NCBI RefSeq assembly: GCF_001194135.2
Contig: NC_069003.1
Coordinates: 17,569,991 to 17,633,990, forward strand
Direction: 5' to 3'
Origin: Octopus bimaculoides
Taxonomy: Eukaryota
DNA length: 64,000 nt
This document shows positions 12,823 through 24,849 of the stretch, in pieces (position 1 is the stretch's first letter; each line of letters begins with the position of its first letter). Below the pieces are notes generated by a model. It worked only from the letters and a program-made list of their open reading frames with translations, searched no databases and had not been told where the DNA came from. The position numbers and the translations under genes were made by a program.

Positions 12823-13452
12823 TTTAGTATTGTGATGTTAGAATTAGGGGCTGATATTTATCTCAACAAGCAATCACACTTATTTAGAAAATTGATTACT
12901 ACAACTTTGAAGCATAGGGTATAATCAACCTCAGGACTTGACTGATAATAATGGGAATGAGAGATAAAATTGACAACAGCAGAATTTGAATTTGGATTGA
13001 GAAGAGCCATAATAACTATGAAAGGCATTTTGTCTGACACACTAAAAATTTTGCAAGTTTATTGCCCTACAAAAATATTAACAAAGAAACAAAAAAAAAA
13101 AAGACGTTCTTGCTGAAGGGTGATAGGCAAAGTAACAATTCTGCCAGCTCCCCTCCTTCAGTATTTGAAAATATTGGTTTCAGCAATATCAGGGAAGTGG
13201 TAGATCAACTACATGAACCCCAGCATTCAACTGGTATTTATCTTATCAACTCTGAAAGAAAGGATGAAAAGTAAAGTCGACCTCGGAGAAATTTGAACAC
13301 AGAATGTAAAGACGGATGAAATATCGCTAGCATTTTGCCCAGTGTGCTAACAATTCTGCCAGCTTGCCATCTTAGTATTTGAAAATATCGATTCTTTGTA
13401 AGAAGTGCAGGACCATTTTTTTGTAGGGGGAACAGACTGTTGATAGGATTAA

Positions 13453-14370
13453 CTCTTTTGTTAACCATATTTCTACTGTAAAACATTGACTTTGTTTCAA
13501 GTAATTTTGAAATTAATGCAGAATTTAGTAAAATACCTCAGTCATTAAAACCCTTCTGATACTAAATCACCCTGGTTCTTTGACACAAATTTCCTGTTTT
13601 AAAGTGATCTAAATTAAACCTCCATCCATTCAAATTTCATGTTAACCCGTTAGCATTCAGATCACTCTGTCAAATGTAATACTTATTTTTTTTCTTTAAC
13701 TTGTTTCACTCATTTGATTGTGGCCATGCTGGAGCACTGCCTTTAGATGAACAAATTGACCTGAGGACTTATTCTTTGTAAGCCTAGTACTTATTCTATC
13801 AGTGTCTTTTGCTGAACTACTAAGTTACAGGGACATAAACACATCAGCATCAGTTGTCAAGCAATGGTGAGGGACAAACACAGACACACAAATGCATACA
13901 TATATATATATAATGGGTTTCTTTCAGTTTCTGTCTTCCAAATCCACTCAAAAGGCTTTGGTCAGCCTGATGCTATAGAAGGAGACACTTGCCCAAAGTG
14001 TCACACAGTGGAACTGAACCCAGAACCATGTAGTTGGGAAGCAAACGTCTTACTGTACAGCCACTCCTGCACCTATTCATATTGTTTTAACTTAATCATG
14101 TATTATCTCATAGCTTTGAGATTTCAATGATATGACTTTATAGTTTAATTTCAGAATAATAATGTAGGGTAGGTGTGAGAAGCCAGAAGGGGTTAATTTG
14201 AACAAAAAACACAATAGAATATTTGGGCCAGATATGGCTGATTTGAATATTAAAGGGTTAATTGATGCTCTGAATACAAGCTTAATAATGGCAAAATAAT
14301 TTTACTAATCTTCATTATTTTAGAATTAATCAAAACAAAGGTAGTGTGTCTCAAAAGAAATGCGGTAACA
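13453..14370. mobile_element. Nested TTAA-type (piggyBac-like) MITEs with an internal SINE
   Basis: Outer MITE 13453-14370. Inner TTAA-CCC...GGG-TTAA MITE 13646-14257. SINE A (minus) at about 13690-14075 inside the inner MITE. Confidence 0.6.
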
Positions 14371-15800
14371 TCATCATCATCATTTAATGTCTATTGTCCA
14401 TGCTGGCAAGCTACACCAGATTCTAGTTTGATTTAGTGTGGTTTCTACGGCTGGATGCTCTTCCTAAACCCAACCACTTTACAGAGTGTGCTGGGTGCTT
14501 TTACATGGCACCGCAATGGATGCTTTTACATGTCACCACATGGGTGCTTTTACACGGCATCGCACGGGTGCTTCTACATGGCACCACCACGAGTACTTTA
14601 CACCACCAGGAGGATCAGTTCTAATGCTTCTGCTGTGAAGTGTGGGTCTTCTTGAGTATGGCAAGATGCTAGATATCTCAGTCCTTTGTCATCTTGCCTG
14701 AAAGGTTCAGCATCCAAAGGTTGTTCTTGAGTACTTGATCCTAAGTCTTCCATCCAGTTTGAGAGATCAGCACTTCTTTACGGAGCTATCGGCATCCATC
14801 CGCATCTCATGACCAAACCAGCACAGTCTTCTCTCTTGCACACAGCAACCAATTCCTCTTACACTTAACTTCTCTCTCAGAACACTGGCACTCTGTCAAA
14901 CATGTACACTTACATTACATATCCAGTGGAGCATACTAACCTCGTTCCTTTCTAACCTTTGCATGTCCTCTGCATTCAAGGCTCATGTCTCACTACCATA
15001 TAGAATTGCTGTCCGTATACATGCATTATGCAATCTTCCTTTTACTTGGAGAGGGGAACCTTTCATGATCAACAGAGGTAACAGCTCTCTGAATTTCCTC
15101 CATCCTATTTTTATTTGAGCTATCATATCCTCCGTGCATCCTCTCCCACTACTAATTTGGTCCCCTAGTATTATATCCTTATGGATAAACAAATACACTG
15201 CAACAGTGTAATAACAATATATAATTGAAACAGATGGAAGTAACCAGATGGAATGTAACAACAATCTTTTAAGAACTAACAATCCAACATGCTAGCTTGA
15301 ATTGTAAATATTGAACTTCGGCTTTGAACTATCAACACACAAACTGAGGAACTAGCACAAACTAGCTCACCTACTCAGATTGCTATTATTTACATGTAGT
15401 GGTCTAGTCCATTTTCACCAGGGGGCATTGTACTCTCGCACAATACCTAGGTAGCAGAAATTATCTACTACTTCTAATGAGCCACCAGGGTATTTGAGAG
15501 AATCAATTTCCCGAGTCTAAAGTTTTTATGAATCATGAAACTACCTTCTTTGATAACCTTCCAATTAACTCACTGCACCTCTTGTGTGTCTATAGCTTAC
15601 ACTGGGTACACCATACAGAGTTCATGCCTACACTTTTACTACAAATTGAACAGGTCCACCTACCTGAGGTGGGTAGGGTCCTCCTGTCAGTTTTCTTGTT
15701 TACTAGATCCTTAGTTTTTGCTAATTTAACCTTGAGGCCCTTAGATTCCAAGTTTTGCTCCACACCTGGAATTTTTCATCTAGCTCTGATAGGGAATCCA
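14370..15800 (-). mobile_element. RTE LINE, 5'-truncated, interrupted at about 15175-15400
   Basis: QIKIGWRKFRELLPLL...LYGSET (14983-15282), PHD-like segment at about 15560-15680, (GAT)n tail at 14370. Confidence 0.75.
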
Positions 15801-16237
15801 CTATGAGGATAACAAAATGGTAAATTAAGCTGATGTTTGGAACATGAATTAGCATGAAATTTTAATGGAAGATATTAAACCAGGTCATTTTAAAAAAGAA
15901 GGTTTGTATCATAGAACCGAGAGGGATTTCAGAAAGGTTAAACATAACTGAATAGTCAGCACTATTGATTGTTCAAGAATGTAATGAAATGACCACTGGT
16001 TGATGACAGTTGCACATTTTTTTCATTTGAGATACTTTCAAATAAAACAGATTATGTGAGGACAGAGGCCTTCCTAAGCAAGATTTTAGAAAAACTACTT
16101 GGATGTACAGTAAAGCATAAATATAATACCTTCATATCTATGCCAGCTTTAGGAGGTGGAATCTCTGTCAATCAATGTTGACTGTGTATGTGCAAGTGAG
16201 GAAAACATGTTTTGAAGAAGACTGGCAGTTGCTCATA

Positions 16238-17725
16238 CACTGCTGAAACGAACTCCTTGCAGACTGATATATTTGACTATTTTTCATTATAGATTCATAA
16301 TTTGCAAATAGAAAAGGATATACAAAAACTTAAAGAAAAGTTTAACATTTAATGCAGAAAATATGCATTGTATGAAAATGAACAATATTCTGCCTGGTCA
16401 AAAATTTAAGACCATGACAAATAAAAAGTTTAAATCTAGTATAAACTATAAAAATTCTGGTATTTATGTCCAAGCTTTCTGGGTCAACAACTGCCAGTCA
16501 CTCCCTGTCTATTTCATAACAACAACAATGGGAAAAGCTAAAATGTTGGTAGATTTTGAACATGGTAGAATTGTAGAGCTCCAGAAGTAAGGTCTTTCTC
16601 AATATGCCATCTCCAGTGAAACTGGCTGGAGTAAAACTGCCATAATAAACTTCTTAATAGACCCTGAGGCATACAGATTTTAAAAAAATCGACAGGCTGG
16701 CTGAAGAAAATTTCACCAGCATTGAGTAGAAGGATTCGACGGGAAGTTAGGGAAGACACTAGTTGATCATCAAAACCAGATTAAGGCACTTATGAATGCA
16801 GAATGCAGCTCAAGGATGATAAGACAACATTTGAGAGAGAGAGGCTTTAAAAATCTTAAACATCTTCAGAGATCTTGTCTTCTTTCATGCCACAAAACTA
16901 CTTGTTTAGAATTTGCTCAGAATCATCAGACCTGTGATGTTCACAACTAGAAGAAAGTTTTGTTCTCAGATAAGAAGAAATTCAACCTTGATGGTCCTGA
17001 TGGTTTCCAACAATATTGGCATATAATAGATATTCTACCAGAGACTTTTTCATCGAGGCATAATGGTGGAGGCTCTATCATGTGTGGGGTACTTTCTCGT
17101 ACAGAGGAACTATGGAGCTTCATGTTGTGCGGGGACATCAAACAGCAGCTCTTGACTGAAGGCCCTCATTTGTGTGGAGAAGACTGGATTTATCAACAGG
17201 ATAATGCTACAATCCATAATGCTCACAGCAAAAGGATTTCTTCATAGTAAATAACATTCATCTTTTGAATCATCCTCCATGTTTTCCTGACTTAAATCCC
17301 ATAAAAAATCTTTGGGGATGGATGGCAAGAGACATTTACAAAAATGGAATACAGTTTGTGGATGCTCTTTGCCAGGCATTCTTCACCTCAAAGCATAACA
17401 TTTATGTTGAGTATACCACAGCAAATTTTTGAAGTTATTCGCAGGAATGGTGGAGCTACTAACAATTGAGTCCCCTTGTTTACTATTTATTCATTGTTTT
17501 CATCTGTTATTTGTCATGGTCTTAAAGTTTTGATCAGGCAAAATATTGTAAGTTTTCATACAATGCATATTTTCTGTATTAAATGTTAAACATTTCTTTA
17601 GGTTTTCATATATCTTTTTCTAATTGCCAATAATGAATCTTTAATGAAAAATAGTCAAATATATCAGTCTGCAAGGAGTCCATTGTGACAGTTTTTCACT
17701 GGTCTTAACATTTTGTCCAGCAGCA
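16238..17725 (+). mobile_element. Tc3-like DD34E transposon with long (about 200 bp) TIRs, decayed
   Basis: MGKAKMLVDFEHGRI, FSDKKKFNLDGPDG, QQDNATIH and PDLNPI motifs. Left 16238-16420 and right 17515-17725 are inverted repeats with TA flanks. Confidence 0.85.
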
Positions 17726-17984
17726 TATATACAAGTCTTGCCTCCACTATGTGCACCCAAATCAGATCCTGATAACACTGTGTAACAAAATTTTAATTTT
17801 TTTTTGGTCTTTGGTCAGTAAGTGTTATTTCCTATTTGCTTCTATCTAGAAATCAAAGGAAATGACCACTATTCCCTTCAAACTTTGCTTTGTGACCTGG
17901 ACATCAATGTTTTGAAACTGACCTATTTTCCATTACATTTCAGACAGATTCAGTGCTGAGTTGCTGAAGCAGAAATATCATTAT

Positions 17985-18160
17985 AATAAATTTTCTGCTC
18001 AGAACCACAGATTTGCTTGTCAATTGCTTCACCTTAACCAGTTGAGCATGACCCTTAGTGGCTGACAATATGTACTTCTCTAATCATGAGCAAGAGTAGT
18101 GGGGGAACATCATAGCCATGTGTTGAGAGGGATTCTTTGGGGTTTGAATTAGTATAACAA
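17985..18160. repeat. Partial copy of an unclassified interspersed repeat
   Basis: Matches 54405-54570. Confidence 0.6.
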
Positions 18161-18360
18161 TAGCAAAGTTTGAAGGAAATATTAGCCCTTTTTCTTATTT
18201 TCTAGGGAAATAACAGTTGCTACTCAAGGACAAAAACTGTGTTACACAGTGCAATTGGCATGTTACCAAATGAAAATAAAGTGCAGACAGATGTTGTGTA
18301 TCCAAATCGATGAAATGAAATAACATGCTGAATGGATAAGAGAGGAAGGAGATATCTCAC

Positions 18361-18446
18361 ATTCAACACATCTGCATCCTTTCTTCAAAACTTTGATATA
18401 ACCTTCTATGCTTGCTGGTCCCTTCAACTGGTCATCCATAAGATAT
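18361..18446 (-). CDS. PLCL: PLC-like exon G (86 nt: [28 protein letters not shown])
   Basis: tgttgtttcag|A ... GAAT|gtgaga. X-box motif GCRCVE. Confidence 0.95.
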
Positions 18447-18544
18447 CTGAAACAACAGAAATTACATTAAAACAACAAAACATTATAACATCCTAGTTTA
18501 GTGGGGGGGGGTTGTCATAAATGAAATATTGGTTTAAAATTTTG

Positions 18545-18890
18545 GTGGAATTTGAACTCAAGGCATAAAGATAGACAAAATGCGGCAAAAAGCATTTTGC
18601 CTGGTGTGCTAATGATTCTGCCAGCTCACTGCCTTAATAATAATAATAATAATAATAATAATATATACTAATGATAATCTTTTCTATTATAGGCATAAGG
18701 CCTGAAATTTGGGGGAGGGGTCTAGTTGATTACATTGACCCCAATGTTCAACTAGCACTTATATAATTGACCCTGAAAGGATGAAAGGCAAAGTCGACTT
18801 TGGTGGAATTTGAACTAAGACCTTAGAGATGGATGAAATGCTGCTAAGCATTTTGCCCAGTGCACTAACAATTCTGCCTGCTTGCTGCCT
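18545..18890 (-). mobile_element. Two SINE family C copies (one partial) about 100 bp from exon G
   Basis: GAGTTCAAATTCCACC head seen twice, with (AAT)n. Confidence 0.6.
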
Positions 18891-19059
18891 ATGTCATAAA
18901 TGAAATATTGATAGCAGGATGCTTTTGATTTTGTTGGTAGTATGGCACCAAAAACTGCTCTACAACAAGAAAGTTCTCTTCACAACCATGTGGATTTTGA
19001 GTTCAATCACACTGCATGGCACCTTGGGCAAGTGTCCTCTACTGTAGTCCTGGTCCAAC

Positions 19060-19319
19060 CAAATGCAGGATAATGCTAATAATAGCCTGAACAGGATAAG
19101 CTACCCCTATTTTGCAGGAAAAAGCGAGATTTCTATACATCTTAAATTTGCAGAAGAATGTGGGGTGTGGGCAGTGTAGCTTAATCGGTCTAGAGCACTG
19201 CGACGTATAATCACAGAGGTGTGAGTTCGAGTCTCATAGCTGGCCGCCAACACTTTTTTCTGAAAAATAGGGGTAGCTTATCCTGTTCAGGCTATATTAT
19301 TAGCATTACCCTGTGTTTG
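19060..19319. mobile_element. MITE with about 60-bp TIRs enclosing a tRNA-like unit
   Basis: 19060-19122 (CAGGATAATGCTAATAATAGCCTGAACAGGATAAGCTACCCCTATTTT) is the complement of 19253-19319. Confidence 0.8.
19169..19249 (+). pseudogene. tRNA-like sequence (Ile-UAU/Met-like) ending in CCA and followed by T6
   Basis: A box TAGCTTAATCGG, D stem GCTT/GAGC, anticodon arm CTGCGA-CGTATAA-TCACAG, T arm GTGAG-TTCGAGT-CTCAT, imperfect acceptor stem, GCCA at 19246-19249. Confidence 0.65.
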
Positions 19320-19344
19320 CAAATATATATATATGTATACATTC

Positions 19345-20830
19345 TCAAGATTCACTGGTCCCACTCCGGAACTATACAGTCATTATATTGACGACTGTAT
19401 TGGTGTGACCTTGCTCTCCCATGAACATCTAGACTCCTTCCTCTCTTTTGTTCAATCCTTCCATCCTGCCCTCGAATTCTCCTGCACTATTTCCAACACT
19501 TCCATCGCCTTTCTCGACATTTCGGTCAGCATTCATCACTCCACTCTCACCACCTCCGTCCACTACAAACACACTGACTCACACTCATACCTCAACTTCT
19601 CCTCCTCCTCCCACCCTAAACACACCAAGTTCTCCATCCCCTATTCCACAGGCTCTGCAGTGACAACCATGACTTTGAGACTCAGTCTCAACTCATGGTT
19701 TGCCACTTCATCCTTCGTGGATATCCCCTCACCCTTGCCAGAGCATGTTCCGTGGACCGTGAACCTGCTCTCTTCCCTGCCTCTCCAACACAACATTCTC
19801 TGAGCCTTCCGGCAACTCCAGTCTGACCCTTCCACTTTGCACATCTTCCCTAACCTACCCCTCCCCTCCTTCAAATGAGCCCACAACTTACGTGACCTGC
19901 TGGTCCACAGTTTCTTCACTAACTCCACCTCCCAATCCGGCTCATTCCCCTGCCCCTGCCCACGCTGCCACACTTGCCTCTACCTCTCCAGCACCACCAT
20001 CCTCACATGCACCAATCGTCGACCCTATCATATCACTGACTCCTTCACCTGTACTTTTAGCAATGTCATTTACTGCATCTCCTGCTATCTCAGTCCTTCT
20101 CTGTACATCGGTCAAATAGGACGCTGCTTGGCTGACCAGTTCGCAGAACACCTCCGAGACATCAAACTCGGCAATGACACCCCTGTCTTGTGCCATTTCT
20201 GCTCTACCGGTCATTCTTTACAGCACCTGTCTGTGTTTGGATTGTCCTTGTACAGGGGCCATCTGGACTCCCATCTTTGCTGTGAACAGGAATTAATCTT
20301 CTCTCTTCGCTCCTTTGCACCACATGGGCTCAACTCCTTTCCCCTCCTCTTACACCCACCTCTCCTCTCTTGCTCTGACACCTACTTCCTCTCTTCACTC
20401 CTACCTACCCCTCTCCCTTCATAGTCATCCCCTCCATCGTTACCCCACCTCCACCATGCCTGTATATCCCATCCCACCCCCACATCATGCCACACCACAT
20501 TGCACCACCCTAGCACTGACCACTTCCCAGCACCTACACCATCATCCACACACCCACACATTAAGGTCACCAGCCCCTATCCACACGCGCACCTTCGTTT
20601 TGGGATCACCACTACTTTATTATCTCCCCTTCTTCCTAACTCTGTCTGGCCATCACCATGACTGACTGCCAGCCACTAAAGCTTTTATTATTCTCTCTCT
20701 GTTTATTTTCTCGTGTTCCTTTCTGTTGAAGAGCGTAGGCTTGAAACATAAAAGACTTTCTCACCTTCCTGAGCATTAAACTAATACACCTGCTTGTTGT
20801 TTACACACCTGTCTTCGTCTTTTGCTTTGT
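19345..20830 (+). mobile_element. Penelope-like element (Neptune-type), RT C-terminus + GIY-YIG + 3' region
   Basis: YIDD...SVHYKHTDSHSYL..SSHP (19333-19640); C-rich linker, YIGQ and FAEHLRDI GIY-YIG motifs (about 19940-20340). Confidence 0.85.
20719..20754 (+). ncRNA. Degenerate minimal hammerhead ribozyme in the PLE 3' region
   Basis: CTTT-CTGTTGA-A-GAGC-gtag-GCTT-GAAA-CATA-AAAG; core A6 and the stem III CpG are mutated. Confidence 0.5.
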
Positions 20831-21844
20831 TTGTAAATTCCAACTATATATATATGTAGATAGATAGATAGATAGACAGGTGGGTAGGTAGTTAGATAGA
20901 GATAGACAGACAGACACACACAAACATACATACATATGTGTTTGCTTCTCCAAAAATCCCTTAACCATAGATGATGATATTGCTATTTCCCCTGTCAATG
21001 GTTCATTTGCAGGCTTCATAGCTTCCAAGACATTAAATAAGAGATCCCCATTTCAAAAACAAGAAAGTGTTAGTGACAAGAAGGGTATCCAACTAAAACA
21101 ATGCTTCAGTAATACATTTGTCTAACCAATGCTAGTATGGAAAAATAGATGTAAAAAAAAAACCAAACAAACAAACAATAAAAAACAAAGAAACTTTTGA
21201 GTTGGAAATGTACTGACCAGGCCCTTCTTTTAGAGTCTCCAAGACTGGTTAGCAGAATGGAAAAAGGGAAGTTAACCTTCAACAGGAAATATGGTTCAAA
21301 TGCTTACAAAAAAATGGACTCCATTAATGACAGATAGTCAAAGACAAGGTAGTGGTGATAGATTAAGCCAACCCACCAAGTCCAGAAACAGCACTTCCAA
21401 TGTATTTCCATAGTTTTTGTCTACAAATTTTCCTCCGAAAGTTTTGGTCTATTCATCACTGTGGTAGAAGACACATGCCCAAGTTTCTGCCCAGTGGGAA
21501 CCAAACAGAATTCTGTGGCTACAAAATAAACCATAACCACCTAGCCATATCTTCATTCCTTTAAAGAGCAGAATTATCTGACAGACCTTCTGATGGGATT
21601 CATTTGTTTCAGTTTGTTTTTACATCTGTTTTCCTATGCTAGCATGAGTTAACATGAGACATTGTTTTACAACTGGATGCTCTTGCTGTCACTCATCCTT
21701 ATCTGTTTTTCAGCTACAGAATTTCTTGTCCCACACATCTATGAAGATGTGAAGCCAGGGGATGATTTGTGGACAGAATTGTAAACATTATCTCTTGTTT
21801 GCAATTTAAAGAGGATTGCAAATTTAAACAAGGACACACACATA

Positions 21845-22540
21845 CCTTTTATCTTTTACTATTTCAGTCATTAGACTGTGGCCAGGCTGGAGCACTGCCT
21901 TGAAGAATTTTCAGATGAATGAATCAACTTCAGTACTTCTTTTTAAGTCTAGTACTTATTCTATTGGTCTTTTTGCTGAACTGCTAAGTTACTGGGACAT
22001 AAACACAGAAATACACATACACGCACACACATATGATGAGCTTCTTTCAGTTTCCGTCTACCAAATTCACTCACAGGGCTTTGGTCGGCCCAAGGCTATA
22101 GTAAAAACATTTGCCCAAGGTGCCATACAGTGGAACTGACCATGAAGCCATATAGTTCAAAAGCGAACTTTACCACACAGTCATGATATTCTAAGTCGCT
22201 TTTATCTAAGAAGTGAAAAATGTATGGTTGGTCTGTTGGTCTGTTCTGTCTTACATTTGGCATGGCTATGTCATAAGAAGTTTGCTTCCCAACTACATGG
22301 TTCCAGGTTCACTCACACTGCATGGCACCTTCCACAAGTGTCTTTAAAAGGCCACCAAAGCCTTGCAAGTGGATTTGGTAGACAGAAACTGAAAGAAGCA
22401 GTTCAGTAAGAGAAACTGATAGAATAAATACCAGGCTTAGCAAAAAAATTAACTACTGGGATTGATTCATTTGAATAAAACTTCTTCAAGGCAGTGCCCC
22501 AGCATGGTTGCAGTCTAATGACTGAAACAAGTAAAAAAAA
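21845..22540. mobile_element. Two SINE family A copies head-to-head (21845-22200 minus, 22255-22540 plus)
   Basis: Family A body and tail motifs in opposite orientations, ending about 35 bp from exon F. Confidence 0.65.
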
Positions 22541-22573
22541 AGGGGGAAATGTTGGTGAAGGAGCCTTACTTAC

Positions 22574-22691
22574 GTGTTATGAGAACTAGCTATGAAATAG
22601 TGACACAGGGGTTGAGACATATCTTGACAAATATTTTTGTGTTCTGGGCTGAAGATTTCACAATCATCTGACAAGAGATAAGCTGTAAAAC
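22574..22691 (-). CDS. PLCL: PLC-like exon F (118 nt: GFTAYLL...[17 protein letters not shown])
   Basis: cttttccag|GT ... AACAC|gtaagt. Start of the X box with the catalytic SSHN. Confidence 0.95.
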
Positions 22692-22763
22692 CTGGAAAAG
22701 TGAAACAGATTAGCAGGAGATTAATTGAGAAAATAAAGAGAACAGTCATTGAGGTATGGATTT

Positions 22764-22977
22764 TACCCTTTTCTTACCATATTTCTGCTGAAACACACTG
22801 CCTTTGTTTTGAAAATACTGAAGAATTTAATAAAATAACTTGGCTGGTATTAAGCAGGTTTGATATAAGAAAGTTTCACTTTAAAGCAAGAGTTTTTTTT
22901 ATACTAAATTATTATTTTGAAAATTAACTGAAACAAAAAGCAGTGTATTTCTACTGAAATATGGTAACAAAAAGGTT
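22764..22977. mobile_element. TTAA-type MITE with about 45-bp TIRs
   Basis: ACCCTTTTCTTACCATATTTCTGCTGAAACACACTGC pairs with GCAGTGTATTTCTACTGAAATATGGTAACAAAAAGGT. Confidence 0.65.
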
Positions 22978-23029
22978 TAAAAGTAAGGAAAGAACACATA
23001 ACTCAATGTAGTAGAAGTAGTAGTAGTGT

Positions 23030-23290
23030 GGGTGCATAGCCTAGTGGTTAGGATGTTGCATTCATGATCACGAGATTGTGGTTTCAATTCCAAGACCAGA
23101 TGATATGTTGTGTTCTTGAGCAAAACACTTCATTTCACGTTGCTCTGTGATCACTCCAACACCTGACATGTGGTACATCGTACACCTGTTCAAGCAATGT
23201 TGATCTGGTGAACATACATTTGATCACTATAAACAAACCATTTGTGCAGGTCGTTCAGCAAAAGTTGAACACTCATACATCATCTTCAAC
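23030..23290 (+). mobile_element. tRNA-derived SINE, family B
   Basis: Head TAGCCTAGTGGTTAGG...GGTTTCAATTCC. Confidence 0.65.
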
Positions 23291-23393
23291 AGGAGGATCC
23301 TGCAGTAGTAACAGTAACAACATCACACTGTCATACAACTATTTACCATTGTCTTAACTGCTGAACAGTAAACTAAACTAAAAGACAACTTAC

Positions 23394-23487
23394 CATCAAT
23401 ACCTAGGTGGCCTTTGGTTCGACCTTCACTGGAAGGTTCATATTTGTTTATTAATTCCCAACATCGTTCTTTTGTAACTCTAGGTTC
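23394..23487 (-). CDS. PLCL: PLC-like exon E (94 nt: [31 protein letters not shown])
   Basis: ttttatcag|GAA ... GATG|gtaagt. Lies within ORF 23323..23541. Confidence 0.94.
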
Positions 23488-23604
23488 CTGATAAAAGAAG
23501 AAACATTCAAGAATGGTTTGACTGTTGCCGTAAAAACTCAAAAATATTAGAGTGGTTTTGAAGAATTTACAGAATTACATGAAAAGGTTATGGAAATTTT
23601 TGCA

Positions 23605-23762
23605 GGCATGGCAGTGTGCAAAGAAGCTTGCTTCCCAACCACATGGTTCTGGGTTGAGTTCCATTGTGTGGCACCTTGGGCAAGTGTCTTCTACTATAGC
23701 CGCAGGCTGATCAAAGCCTTGTGAGTGGATTTATTAGATGGAAACTGAAAGAAGCCCATCAT

Positions 23763-23799
<37 letters not shown>

Positions 23800-24003
23800 T
23801 TTGTGTCTAAACTTGTCCCCCACTACCAATTGACATCCAGTGCTGGTGTATTTACATCTGTTACTTAGCAGTTCAGCAGAAGGGACTGATAGAATAAGGC
23901 TTAACAAAAAATAAGGTCGATTCATTTGACTAAACATTCTTGATGGTCATGCTCCAACATGGCTGCAATCTAATGACTAAAACAAGTAAAAGATAAAAGA
24001 TAA
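23605..24003 (+). mobile_element. SINE family A, near full length
   Basis: Head, (TG)n spacer and tail GACTAAAACAAGTAAAAGA. Confidence 0.75.
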
Positions 24004-24238
24004 ACAGAATTTGCAGAATTTCAAGTAACTTTTATTAAATTATATGTAAATGTAGCAGAATTTGCTTCAATTAAATCTAATCTATATAGCAGATATATAA
24101 ACAGGGATAATCTTTAGCTATTTCTCTGTAGATTGGAAAAATGATGAACAACCTGAATCAATTTTCAAATCTTATTGGATTCTCATTAGGGGCACCTACA
24201 ACAACTTGACCAATCTCAATAAATAAGCACACAATCTA

Positions 24239-24845
24239 TCAGGTCATACCATAAGTTCTGTCTGAATTTTGAATAAAGAAAACAAGTGATCAAATGTTAT
24301 ATTTAATTGAAATTTAATCATCAATGTACTTTCCCTGATTATCTATGACTTCCTTCCATCTATTTAGAAGCTTTTTAATCCCATCAATGCAAAACTCTTT
24401 TGGTTTCAAAGCGAAGAACTCTGAAATGTCAGTTGTGACCTCCTCCTGGCTTGCGAAAGTTATGTCCCCCAAATGATTCTGTAAACTATGAAACAAATGG
24501 TAGTTTGAAGGAGCAAGGTCGGGAGAATATGGTGGATGAGGAATTTTTTCCCAACCAAGCTCTTCGATCGTCTGTGATGTGAACTTTGCAGTGTGGGATC
24601 GTGCATTGTCCTGATAAAACATCACTCCTTTTTAATTCACTAAAGCAGGTCTTTTTTTTCTTCAAAGCTTGGTTCAAACGCTCTAATTGCTGACAGTAGA
24701 CTTGAGCATTGATTGTTGCATTAGGTGGTAACAATTCAAAGTGAATTACTCCTTTGCAATCCCACCAGATAGAGAGAAGAACCTTTTTTCCATGAAGTTC
24801 CCTTCTCGGTTGTGGTTGAGCTTTTACCAAGCCACTGTTTACGAC
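24239..24845 (-). mobile_element. Mariner (DD34D) transposon, 3' half
   Basis: KVLLSIWWDCKGVIHFELL, YQDNARSH, HPPYSPDLAPSNYHLF, stop at 24314, TIR TATCAGGTCATACCATAAG. Confidence 0.9.
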
Positions 24846-24849
24846 ATTT

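Noticed and set aside
19169-19249. Functional tRNA gene
   Set aside because: Mismatched acceptor stem, G at position 33, irregular anticodon arm and location inside TIRs; kept only as tRNA-like.
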